From an uncultured Acidobacteriota bacterium (GTDB lineage: Bacteria; Acidobacteriota; Thermoanaerobaculia; Multivoradales; UBA5704): a stretch of DNA of 64,000 nucleotides. Shown here piece by piece: positions 38,328 to 46,182 of the stretch. Position numbers and translations under genes: made by a program. The number at the start of each line of letters is the position of its first letter. The first letter of the stretch is position 1. The notes beneath the pieces were generated by a model, which had not been told where the DNA came from, ran no database searches, and saw nothing but the letters and a program-made list of their open reading frames with translations. Location of the stretch: assembly GCA_963700145.1 (NCBI GenBank), contig OY969474.1, forward strand, positions 2,528,001-2,592,000, written 5' to 3'.

Positions 38328-38537
38328 TGGAGACGTCCTCCCGGGCGCCGGAAACCCGTTTCCAGGTGCTCGGGAAGATCCCGGGCCGCTCCGGGATAGA
38401 TCTCCGGGGCCTGGAGATAGATTTTCCGGGCTCGGAGATCTATCTCCGGGCCTTGGAGATACATCTTCCGGGGTCGGAGATCTATCTCCAGGCCTTGGAG
38501 ATAGATCTCCGGGCCTCCAAGATAGATCTCCTGGCCT
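38328..38537. repeat. 21-bp tandem array, left part (10 units)
   Basis: Core GGAGAT-NN-ATCTCC at strict 21-bp period; outer units degenerate. Confidence 0.9.
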
Positions 38538-38692
38538 GGTACTGTCCTATTTAGTTTCCCGCCCGTCTGACCCCTTGATTCCGCGCTAGCTTCTCCCCCG
38601 AAGGGGGAGGCGTTCTCCCCTCAAACCGAAGCGGCCCGACGGAGCGCAGGCACGCCCCGCCGAGCCTGACCACGCACGGAGGACTAGCCCCC

Positions 38693-39106
38693 ATGCACGG
38701 CTCAGACGAGTCTACCGCCCCGCGCCCCGCCGTTCCCCCACCCACCATCGACCCCGCCAAGTGGGAAGACTTCCCGACGTTCCGAGAAACCTTCCTGCGC
38801 TGGTTCACAGAGCCTACGGCGAACGCCGCGCTCCGCAGCTTTGGCGTGCTCCTCCACGACCTGATTCTGGAAGCCAACCGCGTCCAGCCCGACGAGCCGG
38901 AGGGGATCTACCGCCACGACCTGCGCGCAGCGTTGGCGGACCTCCGCGCGATCCAAGGCTTCCTAGCCTTCATCGCTCAGTCGCAAGAGGACTTGGACGA
39001 GGACGACGCCGAGGACGCCGATTCCCTCCGGCTGTGCTACCTGGCAGAGCAGCTAGCGCCGCGCGTCGGGCGGATCGCGGACAGCATCGAAGGGGCGTTG
39101 TCATGA
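38693..39106 (+). CDS. Hypothetical helical protein (IS cargo)
   Basis: GGAGG RBS; ATGA coupling to the HTH gene. Confidence 0.75.
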   Translation: MHGSDESTAPRPAVPPPTIDPAKWEDFPTFRETFLRWFTEPTANAALRSFGVLLHDLILEANRVQPDEPEGIYRHDLRAALADLRAIQGFLAFIAQSQEDLDEDDAEDADSLRLCYLAEQLAPRVGRIADSIEGALS

Positions 39107-39447
39107 GAGCGCGCAAGCTGGAAGGCGGCGAGCTGGCGGTGGCCCTGCACATTCTGCGCATCATCCGCGGCTGGACCCAGGCCGAAGTCGCCACGGCGGC
39201 CGGGACACGGCCCGGCGCCGTCTCCTACTACGAGAGCGGCCTGAAGGCGCCGGAGCTGCCGACGTTGAGGGCCATGCTGGAAGGGATGGGCTACCAGCTC
39301 TCAACGCTCGACGAAGCGCGGGCGTTCATCCGGCAGGTGCAGAGGGGCGATGCTCCCGCATCCGAGACGAATGCCCAGCTCCTCGCGCTGGAAGTCGGCC
39401 GGCTCGCTACGCGCTTCGCTGCCGCGCTCCTGGAGGCGCGGAAGTGA
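39103..39447 (+). CDS. XRE-family HTH regulator (IS cargo)
   Basis: LRIIRGWTQAEVA...AVSYYESGLKAP. Confidence 0.88.
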   Translation: MRARKLEGGELAVALHILRIIRGWTQAEVATAAGTRPGAVSYYESGLKAPELPTLRAMLEGMGYQLSTLDEARAFIRQVQRGDAPASETNAQLLALEVGRLATRFAAALLEARK

Positions 39448-39881
39448 ACCGGCTTCGGACCGCGACGTTCACGGTTCACGGCACCACGGCGCAGAGCGCG
39501 CGGTGGAAGCAAGCGGCAGAGGCCGAAGGCTTCGCCAGCGCCGGCCAATGGCTTGCGGCGGCGGCCGATAGCTACCTCAAGGCTAGAGCTCGCGCCGGCG
39601 CTCCGGTGCCGCTGGCGTGGCGCCTGGGGCGCTTTAAGGTGCGGCTAGAGGACGGGGGCGAGGAGCTGGTGAGCGGCCACCTATCGCCCCCGTTCGCCAG
39701 CTTCCGGGGCGGGAGCGATGGGCCAGCGCCGCGCGGCTTCAACGTCCATAGTCTCGTCTACCTGCCAAGCGGGCGCATCCTTGCGACCGTGCGCCGCTAC
39801 CAGGAAGTGAGGGCGCTCGCGTCTGAGCTGGCGCGGCAGTGGCTACGGGAAGAGCAGCCGGCCAGGATCGTGTTACCGTGA
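39444..39881 (+). CDS. Hypothetical protein with RHH-like N-terminus (IS cargo)
   Basis: WKQAAEAEGFASAGQWL; GTGA coupling. Confidence 0.65.
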   Translation: MNRLRTATFTVHGTTAQSARWKQAAEAEGFASAGQWLAAAADSYLKARARAGAPVPLAWRLGRFKVRLEDGGEELVSGHLSPPFASFRGGSDGPAPRGFNVHSLVYLPSGRILATVRRYQEVRALASELARQWLREEQPARIVLP

Positions 39882-39886
39882 GCGCC

Positions 39887-40138
39887 ATGCCTAAGCGCCC
39901 ACGCAGACCCCGCGACCCTAACGAGCTGGCGTTTCAGGTCTACCAGGAAGCCATTGGAGAGGCGCCGCCGCAAGCCGACGAGGACGCAGGAAAGAATCCC
40001 GCAGCTGTGGCGCTCGGGAAGCTCGGTGGAGCGAAGGGCGGGAAGGCGCGGGCGGCAAGGCTCACAAAAGAGGAGCGGAGCGAAGCTGCGCGCAAAGCCG
40101 CGCTGGCCCGATGGGCAGCCTCAGCGCGCAAAGATTAG
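39887..40138 (+). CDS. Small basic protein typical of IS1-like elements
   Basis: RPRDPNELA...KNPAAVALGKLGGAKGGKARAARLTKEERSEAARKAALARW. Confidence 0.85.
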   Translation: MPKRPRRPRDPNELAFQVYQEAIGEAPPQADEDAGKNPAAVALGKLGGAKGGKARAARLTKEERSEAARKAALARWAASARKD

Positions 40139-41049
40139 GGTGGAATGTGGACTTGGACCTGTTGTTTGACGAACGCGTTTCCTAGGTGGTTCTCGATGAT
40201 CTTGAATGCTGCCGTGTTCGTCAGGCTGTGCATATAGCAGTGATGCACCGTTAGCACGAGATCCTGTAAGTGTTGATCGTCCTCGATCAGCTTGACCTTT
40301 AGACCAATCGCTGCGCACTCGTCAAAGTGAATGTGGCGTTGGTGTGCGCGGTTACGGCTGTAGTCGGTCAGTTTTTTTACGATTCGCGCAGCCTTCTGCG
40401 CGGCGTCCGGCTCGCCGTCAAACATTACTTGCTCTAGCTGCTCCCTCACGAAGTCATTAGACCAGCGAATTGCATTCTGGCAACGGCTGAGGAGGGTTGG
40501 GGGGTATTGCGCGATGATCGGCTGCCACACCGCCAGTGCCGCCGGATCTTTCTTAATCTCTTTCAACGCCCTCTTGAACTCAGCTATGATCCCGAAGGCT
40601 GGACGTCCAGCAAGATGCGGGTCCATTGGCCCCAAGTTGGCGTGGCGAGCCATGAGAATCTCATGGCAGGAACAAGCCAGCATCGTGCCGGCCGACATCG
40701 CAATCTGCGGCACAATGGCCCGGATATCCTTGCCGAACATCTTGCGGAGGTAATGCACCAGCGATTCTGTGGCGGCAATATCGCCGCCTGGCGTGTGGAG
40801 AATGAGGTCTAGGCCGATGGCGCGATCCATTCCGTGCACGGCCATCATAAAGCCGTTCTTATCTTCGTCGTTGATCTCCGCCATTGGTAGCGAGGGCTTC
40901 GAGAGAAAGCCAGAATAGTATGCGATGATGTTCCTGTGGGTGAGCTGGTGGAGCTGGCCTAGATAGTCATGGCGGACACCATCAACAGCAAGCGCCGCCA
41001 AGTTCTGGCGGCGCTTGATCTCGGCTAAGACTTCCTTCCAGTTCGGCAT
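40135..41049 (-). CDS. ClpP-fold serine protease (SDH/S49 family; IS cargo)
   Basis: LDLILHTPGGD, AMSAGT, LGPMDP; lower GC. Confidence 0.9.
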   Translation of the reverse strand: MPNWKEVLAEIKRRQNLAALAVDGVRHDYLGQLHQLTHRNIIAYYSGFLSKPSLPMAEINDEDKNGFMMAVHGMDRAIGLDLILHTPGGDIAATESLVHYLRKMFGKDIRAIVPQIAMSAGTMLACSCHEILMARHANLGPMDPHLAGRPAFGIIAEFKRALKEIKKDPAALAVWQPIIAQYPPTLLSRCQNAIRWSNDFVREQLEQVMFDGEPDAAQKAARIVKKLTDYSRNRAHQRHIHFDECAAIGLKVKLIEDDQHLQDLVLTVHHCYMHSLTNTAAFKIIENHLGNAFVKQQVQVHIPP

Positions 41050-41064
41050 GCCTGGAAGGCTATC

Positions 41065-41268
41065 TTAACCCACGATAGGATCTTCGAAGGGCGAGTACGT
41101 CGTGATGTAGCGCACCTCAGGATTGGACGTCTGGGTCTGCGGCAATACGACCACAGGTGGAGTGTAGCCCCTCAATAGCTCGAGACGCTCTTGCTCCAGA
41201 TCCTGCGGTTCAGTCCGTTCATGGGTAGGCTGCACTCGCTTGGCGCCCGCCCGGCCTCGAACGCGCAT
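41065..41268 (-). CDS. Small hypothetical protein upstream of the protease
   Basis: AAAGGAGG RBS; 67 aa; 15 bp from the protease start. Confidence 0.6.
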   Translation of the reverse strand: MRVRGRAGAKRVQPTHERTEPQDLEQERLELLRGYTPPVVVLPQTQTSNPEVRYITTYSPFEDPIVG

Positions 41269-41303
41269 AGCGTGAACCTCCTTTCACGGTACAGGTACTC
41301 GTG

Positions 41304-41447
41304 ATGCTATCACGAACGCTGCACCTTGTCGAAACACCCTAGCACGATCTGCGCCTTGTCAACCCCCGCCAGCACGAGCCGCGTCTTGTCAACCCCTGTC
41401 AACCCCCCGCCCAAAGGCTTGACTTTGCCTAAGCGCCTACGTATAAT
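41304..41447. promoter_or_regulatory. Divergent sigma70 promoters with 30-bp repeats between them
   Basis: Plus strand TTGACT(41419)-17-TATAAT(41442); minus strand TCGACA(41332)-17-TAGCAT(41309); three 30-bp units at 41321-41410. Confidence 0.75.
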
Positions 41448-41454
41448 GTCTAGT

Positions 41455-42330
41455 ATGGCTAACGTGCTCAGCACCGAGAAGCGAGTCGAGATCGTCCGCT
41501 GCCTGGTCGAAGGCTTAGGCATCCGCGCCACCGCCCGCAAGGAGCGCGTGTCCAAGGACACCGTCATGAAGCTCTGGCGGGAGATCGGCGAAGCCTGCAT
41601 CCAGCTCATGGATGAGAAGCTGCGCGGGCTCACCTGCAAGCGGCTCCAGGTCGATGAGATTTGGGCGTTCTGCCACGCCAAGGAAAAGAACGTCCCGGCC
41701 GACAAGCGGGGCGTCTTCGGCTACGGCGACATCTGGACCTTTACCGCGATTGACGCGCAGACCAAGTTGATTCCGTCCTTCCTGGTCGGCACGCGGGACG
41801 CGGGGTGCGCCACCGAGTTCATGCAGGACTTGGCGGGCCGGCTGGTCAACCGCGTGCAGCTCACCACGGACGGACACAAGATGTACCTGTCCTCCGTCCC
41901 GGATGCCTTCGGGGGCGGGATCGACTTCGCGCAGCTCCAGAAGATTTACGGCGGCGGGCCGACGGATGAGCAGCACCGCTACAGCCCGGCGAAGTGCCTA
42001 GGGACCGAGCGGCGCCGTATCCTCGGCGACCCCGACCCCAAGCACGTCTCGACGTCCTACGTCGAGCGCGGGAACCTGACCATCCGCATGAGCATCCGCC
42101 GCTTCACCCGGCTAACGAATGCCTTCTCGAAGAAGGTCGAGAATCACGTCGCGGCGCTCGGGCTCTTCTTCGCCTACCACAACTTTTGCCGGATTCATCA
42201 GACCCTGCGAATCACTCCGGCGATGGCGGCCGGGGTCACGACGCGGATATGGGAAGTCGAGGAGCTGGTGGCGCTCCTGCCGCCGGTCGCGCATGCGGGC
42301 GGTCGGCCGCGCCGGGCGGAAACTAACTAG
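41455..42330 (+). CDS. IS1-family DDE transposase (single ORF, ISMhu11-like)
   Basis: HTH (EGLGIRATAR), QVDEIW, QLTTDG, STSYVERGNLTIR, RRFTRLTNAFSKK, TPAMAAG. Confidence 0.93.
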   Translation: MANVLSTEKRVEIVRCLVEGLGIRATARKERVSKDTVMKLWREIGEACIQLMDEKLRGLTCKRLQVDEIWAFCHAKEKNVPADKRGVFGYGDIWTFTAIDAQTKLIPSFLVGTRDAGCATEFMQDLAGRLVNRVQLTTDGHKMYLSSVPDAFGGGIDFAQLQKIYGGGPTDEQHRYSPAKCLGTERRRILGDPDPKHVSTSYVERGNLTIRMSIRRFTRLTNAFSKKVENHVAALGLFFAYHNFCRIHQTLRITPAMAAGVTTRIWEVEELVALLPPVAHAGGRPRRAETN

Positions 42331-42347
42331 GACAGTACCCCTGGCCT

Positions 42348-42515
42348 TGAAGATATATCTCCGAGCCTCCGAGATATATCTCCAGGCGTCCAAGATAGAT
42401 CTCCAGCCCTCGGAGATAGATCTTCCGCGGCTGGAGATCTATCTCCAGGCGCCCGGGAGACATCTCCCGGCGCCGCCGGGACATCTCCAGGCGCTGGGGG
42501 GACATCAACCTTCGA
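42348..42515. repeat. 21-bp tandem array, right part (8 units)
   Basis: Continues in phase with the left part once the IS and one TSD are removed. Confidence 0.9.
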
Positions 42516-42639
42516 CTGAAATGCCCAGCCGGTGCGCGGCGGGTGCCAAGCGGGTGAGCGGCGGGGGTAGTTGAGCGTCCGGTTCAACTTCCGTGAAATG
42601 AGTGACTTGGCGCTCGCGCCCCGCTGGCGCGCGGCTTGC
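42516..42639 (+). promoter_or_regulatory. sigma54 promoter with upstream enhancer-like boxes
   Basis: TGGCGCGCGGCTTGC at 42625-42639; AGTTGA-N9-TCAACT palindrome near 42569-42589; AT-richer IHF-like spacer. Confidence 0.7.
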
Positions 42640-42650
42640 CTCTGCCCCCT

Positions 42651-42709
42651 GCCGAACCATCCGTCCGATGTGGGCCGTCGCGTCACCGTGCCGCGGCGGC
42701 CCCTTTTTT
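42651..42709 (+). ncRNA. Candidate sigma54-dependent small RNA (~59 nt)
   Basis: Lies between the -12 box and an 11-bp stem (42672-42702) plus T6 terminator; no ORF. Confidence 0.55.
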
Positions 42710-42731
42710 CTCCCGACTACAATCCGCGGCC

Positions 42732-43151
42732 GTGAAGCCCTGCGTCTTCTGCGAGGTGGTGCGCGGCGAGCGGGAGGCGGCGGTGGTCTAGGACGCGGAG
42801 ACGGTGGCGTTCCTCGACCACAGGCCGCTCCTCCACGGCCACTGCCTGCTGGTGCCGCGGCGGCACGTCGAGACGCTGGCGGAGCTGCCGGCGGAGCTCG
42901 CCGGGCCGCTCTTCGCCAACGTGCAGCGGCTGGCGGGGGCGGTGGAGCGGGGGCTGGACGCCGCCGGCGCCTTCGTCGCGATCAACGTCAAGGTCAGCCA
43001 GAGCGTCCCCCACCTGCACGTCCACGTCGTGCCGCGCTGGAAGGGGGACGGCCTCTTCTCCCACAAGCTCCTCTGGAAGCGCACACCCTACGCCGGCGAC
43101 GCCGAGAAGCGCGAGGTGCAGGAAAAGATCCGCCGGGCCCTCGCCGAGTAG
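42732..43151 (+). pseudogene. HIT-family hydrolase with an in-frame TAG
   Basis: VKPCVFC...AAVV*DAETVAFLD...HLHVH; TAG at 42789-42791. Confidence 0.8.
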
Positions 43152-43240
43152 GCCAGCACTCGCAGACTAATCCCCCACCCGCGCTTGATCGGCCGTTCCG
43201 GTGTGGGGTCCCGCAGGTCTCCTCCGCGCCGCCCCCCGCC

Positions 43241-43269
43241 CAGATCCTTCGCTCTCGCTCAGGATGACA
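43241..43269. repeat. Isolated REP-like GTCATCCTGAGC...GAAGGATCT unit
   Basis: Reverse complement TGTCATCCTGAGCGAGAGCGAAGGATCTG resembles a widespread extragenic repeat I recognise; only one copy here. Confidence 0.5.
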
Positions 43270-43530
43270 AGGGGGGTAGTTCCCTTCCCTCTTTCTCCCC
43301 CCGACGTCACTTCAGAGGTTCGAGTCATGGCGCCGCGTGATGTGCCGGGCCAGAGGCCTGCGAAAGCGTCGCGTTCGGGTGAAGTCACCACCAGCGTCCG
43401 CGAACGGAGCCGACCTGGTTCTGTGGCCACCACCCCTTCTGGTCAGGAACCGCGGGGCGGCGCGACTCTTTCGCGGGCCGGGTGGCCCGGCATCTCACGC
43501 GGCACTATCCGTCCCGCGCGGGACAGCAGC

Positions 43531-44664
43531 CTAGGGGACAAGCCCCAGGTCTTCGTAGATCCCTTCCAGCGCCGCGCGCATGCGCCGCTCGTGGGCCTCG
43601 TCGGCGGGCGTGCCGTTGAAGACGAGGGCGACGACGAGCCCGTGCTCGGGGTCGAGGAAGGCGGTGGACGAGCGGCGGCCGCTATGGCCGAAGGTGCGTG
43701 GGGAGGAGTGGCGACCGTAGCCGTAGGGGACGGTCTCCTCGCCGTAGTGCTTCGAGTCCACGATCACCCCCAGCCCCCAGTCCAGCTTGTGGCGGAAGGT
43801 CAGGTCCACCATCCCCACCCGGTGCCGCGCGGCGATCGCCTCGATCGTCTGCGCCGAGAGCACCTGCCGTCCCTCGAGCGTGCCGCCGCCGCGGAACATC
43901 TCGTAGAGCCGCGCCAGCTCCCGCACCGGGCCCCGCCCGTTGCCGCCCGGGTTCGGCCGCACGCAGCGCGCCTCGCTCTCGCTGCCGTCCGGCCGCGGCG
44001 GCGCCGCCTCGGCGTCCCACATCGTCCCCAGCCGCCCCTCCTCCCGCGCCGCGCGCCAGCGCTCCGGCGGCATGCCGATCCAAGAGTCCGCCATCCCGAG
44101 CGGCTCGAACACCTCCTCCCGCACCGCCCGCTCGAAGGGTTGTCCGGTGAGCCGCGCCAGCACCTCGCCGAGCACGAACCAGGACGACGCCGGGTGGTAG
44201 CCGGCCTTCCGCCCCGGCTCCCAGCGCGGCTCGGGCTTGGCGGCGGCGATGCGCCCGACGATCGTCTCCCACGGGTCGCGCGGCCAGCCGACGTCGAGCA
44301 TGCGGATGCCGCCGGTGTGGGTGAGGAGGTGGCGGAGGGTGATCCGCTCCTTGCCCTGCGCCGCGAGCTCCGGCAGGTGCCGCGCCACCGGGTCGTCGAG
44401 GTCGAGGAGCCCGCGCTCCCAGAGCCGCGCCAGCCCGACCGCCACGACCGGCTTGGTCGTCGACTGCCAGAGCGCGAGCGTGTCGCGGCGCAGCGGTACC
44501 CCGGGGCGGTCCTCCCCCACCGCCGCGTCGGCCACCGCCTCGCCGCGCAGCGCGACGTAGAGCTGGGCGCCCAGGTGGAGCCCCTCGGCAATGCCCGCCT
44601 CGATGACTGCCCGCGTCCGCGACAGGCGCGCGAGGTCGCCGTCGATCGGGATCTGCGTCGCCAT
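43531..44664 (-). CDS. Beta-lactamase-family serine hydrolase (EstA-like)
   Basis: STTK, LLTHTGG, GYH, FGHSG. Confidence 0.9.
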   Translation of the reverse strand: MATQIPIDGDLARLSRTRAVIEAGIAEGLHLGAQLYVALRGEAVADAAVGEDRPGVPLRRDTLALWQSTTKPVVAVGLARLWERGLLDLDDPVARHLPELAAQGKERITLRHLLTHTGGIRMLDVGWPRDPWETIVGRIAAAKPEPRWEPGRKAGYHPASSWFVLGEVLARLTGQPFERAVREEVFEPLGMADSWIGMPPERWRAAREEGRLGTMWDAEAAPPRPDGSESEARCVRPNPGGNGRGPVRELARLYEMFRGGGTLEGRQVLSAQTIEAIAARHRVGMVDLTFRHKLDWGLGVIVDSKHYGEETVPYGYGRHSSPRTFGHSGRRSSTAFLDPEHGLVVALVFNGTPADEAHERRMRAALEGIYEDLGLVP

Positions 44665-44705
44665 CGCGCCGAAGGGTATCCCACCGTTTGTTACGATCCC
44701 GGGCC

Positions 44706-45464
44706 ATGCTCGAAACGATCGACCACGGCCCGGTGCGCGAGCTGCGCCTCGCCCGCCCTCCCGTCAACGCCCTCGACACCGGCCTGATCGCCGCGCTCCG
44801 CGGCGCCATCGCAGGGGCGCCCGGCGGCGGGGCGCGCGCCCTCGTCCTCTCCGGCCGGCCGGGGATGTTCTCGGCCGGGCTCGACGTGCCCTACCTGTTG
44901 AACCTCGACCGCGCCGCCATCACCGCGGCCTGGGAGGACTTCTACGGCTTGATGGAGGCGCTCGCCACCTCCTCGATCCCGATCGCCGCGGCGATCACCG
45001 GCCACAGCCCGGCCGGGGGCGCGGTGCTGGCGATCTTCTGCGACTACCGGGTGATGGCCGAGGGGGACTTCCGCATCGGGCTCAACGAGGTGGAGGTGGG
45101 GATCCCGATGCCGCCGGTCATCCACGCCGCGGCGGCGCGGCAGGTCGGGCCGCGCCAGGCCGAGCGGCTGCTGGTCGGCGGCTTGATGATCCCGGCGGCC
45201 GAGGCGCTGGCCATCCGGCTGGTCGACGAGCTGGCGCCGCTCGAGCAGGTCGTCGAGCGGGCGCTCGACTTCTGCCGGCGCTTGCTGTCGCTGCCGCCGC
45301 TGGCCATGGGCTTCACCCGCCGCCTCGCCCGCGGCGACCTCGCCTGCCTCTTCGAGAAGAAGCGCCAGCTCGAGCTCGACACCCTGATCGACGCCTGGTT
45401 CAGCGACGAGACGCAGGGCGCGATGCGGGCGCTGCTGGCGCGCCTCGCCGAGAGGCGCGCCTAG
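44706..45464 (+). CDS. Enoyl-CoA hydratase/isomerase (ECI1-like)
   Basis: PPVNAL, FSAGLD, GHSPAGG, IGLNEV. Confidence 0.92.
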   Translation: MLETIDHGPVRELRLARPPVNALDTGLIAALRGAIAGAPGGGARALVLSGRPGMFSAGLDVPYLLNLDRAAITAAWEDFYGLMEALATSSIPIAAAITGHSPAGGAVLAIFCDYRVMAEGDFRIGLNEVEVGIPMPPVIHAAAARQVGPRQAERLLVGGLMIPAAEALAIRLVDELAPLEQVVERALDFCRRLLSLPPLAMGFTRRLARGDLACLFEKKRQLELDTLIDAWFSDETQGAMRALLARLAERRA

Positions 45465-45478
45465 CCGCTACGCGCCGC

Positions 45479-46123
45479 TCAGAAGTCCGGGTGGGTGTAG
45501 ATGTGCGGGTCCCACGCGTCCTCGCCGTGCCCTTCCAGCTTGACCTTCCAGGTGAACTTGTACACACCGTGGATGAGCGGGGCCGGCAGCCGGGTGCTGA
45601 CGATGCGCTCCCCCTTGGCCTTGAAGCCGGCGGGCGGCGCCCAGTCGACGGGCTTCGGGCCGGCGGCGTCCCGGGTGACGACGAGCTCGCCGTCGATCCA
45701 CTCGAGGGCGATCTCCCCGTCGATGTACGGCTCGCGCGAGTCCCCCTCGTCCGCCTCGCCCTGCGAGTCGGCCCGGACGGGCTCGCTGAGCACATCGACC
45801 ATCTGCTCGACGTTGGCGACGAGGTGCAGACCCTCGACGGAGAACTCCGTTCCGTCCGGGCAGTCGCGGCAGATCCAGGCGATCTCGTCCCCCGGCTTGA
45901 CGACGGCCGTCTCATGGTGCGCCTCGTCCTTGTCGATCTTGATCTTGCCGTCCTTATCCAGCCTGGCGGTGACGCCGATCTCCCTCACGGCGGCGGCGTC
46001 CGCACCGTTCTCCCGGTCGACCTCCTCGGTGCCGGCCTCGTCGGTTCCGACCTCTTCGGTACCGGGGCACGCCACCAGGAGCGGCAACGCCAGGGCCACG
46101 AGCACGCTGCTTGGGAATTTCAT
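45479..46123 (-). CDS. Acidic lipoprotein of unknown function
   Basis: GGGAGG RBS; lipobox LLVAC; ends WDPHIYTHPDF. Confidence 0.75.
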   Translation of the reverse strand: MKFPSSVLVALALPLLVACPGTEEVGTDEAGTEEVDRENGADAAAVREIGVTARLDKDGKIKIDKDEAHHETAVVKPGDEIAWICRDCPDGTEFSVEGLHLVANVEQMVDVLSEPVRADSQGEADEGDSREPYIDGEIALEWIDGELVVTRDAAGPKPVDWAPPAGFKAKGERIVSTRLPAPLIHGVYKFTWKVKLEGHGEDAWDPHIYTHPDF

Positions 46124-46182
46124 CTCTGCCTCCCTTCGATCAACAAAAAATTGGAAGTGCCACGACGACGATACCCACCGGG

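Larger units (their letters stand above)
38538..42339. mobile_element. IS1-family transposon with passenger genes (3802 bp)
   Basis: TIRs GGTACTGTCCTA(T/G)TTAGTTTCC(C)GCCCG at 38538-38565 and 42313-42339; 8-bp TSD CCTGGCCT at 38530-38537 and 42340-42347; transposase inside. Confidence 0.93.

Noticed and set aside
38095-38589. Heptad-repeat proteins over the 21-bp array (also ORFs at 42119-42686)
   Set aside because: No credible start or RBS, overlap with hicB or the transposase, and frames are open on both strands because of the repeat
38328-42515. CRISPR array
   Set aside because: Contiguous degenerate 21-bp units with no unique spacers and no cas genes
42789-42791. Pyrrolysine or stop-codon reassignment
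   Set aside because: TAG is a normal stop for many genes here; a 3-nt deletion explains it
43270-43530. Possible remnant gene or leader between HIT and the serine hydrolase
   Set aside because: Only faint resemblance to the 38620-38690 leader; no supportable ORF or structure
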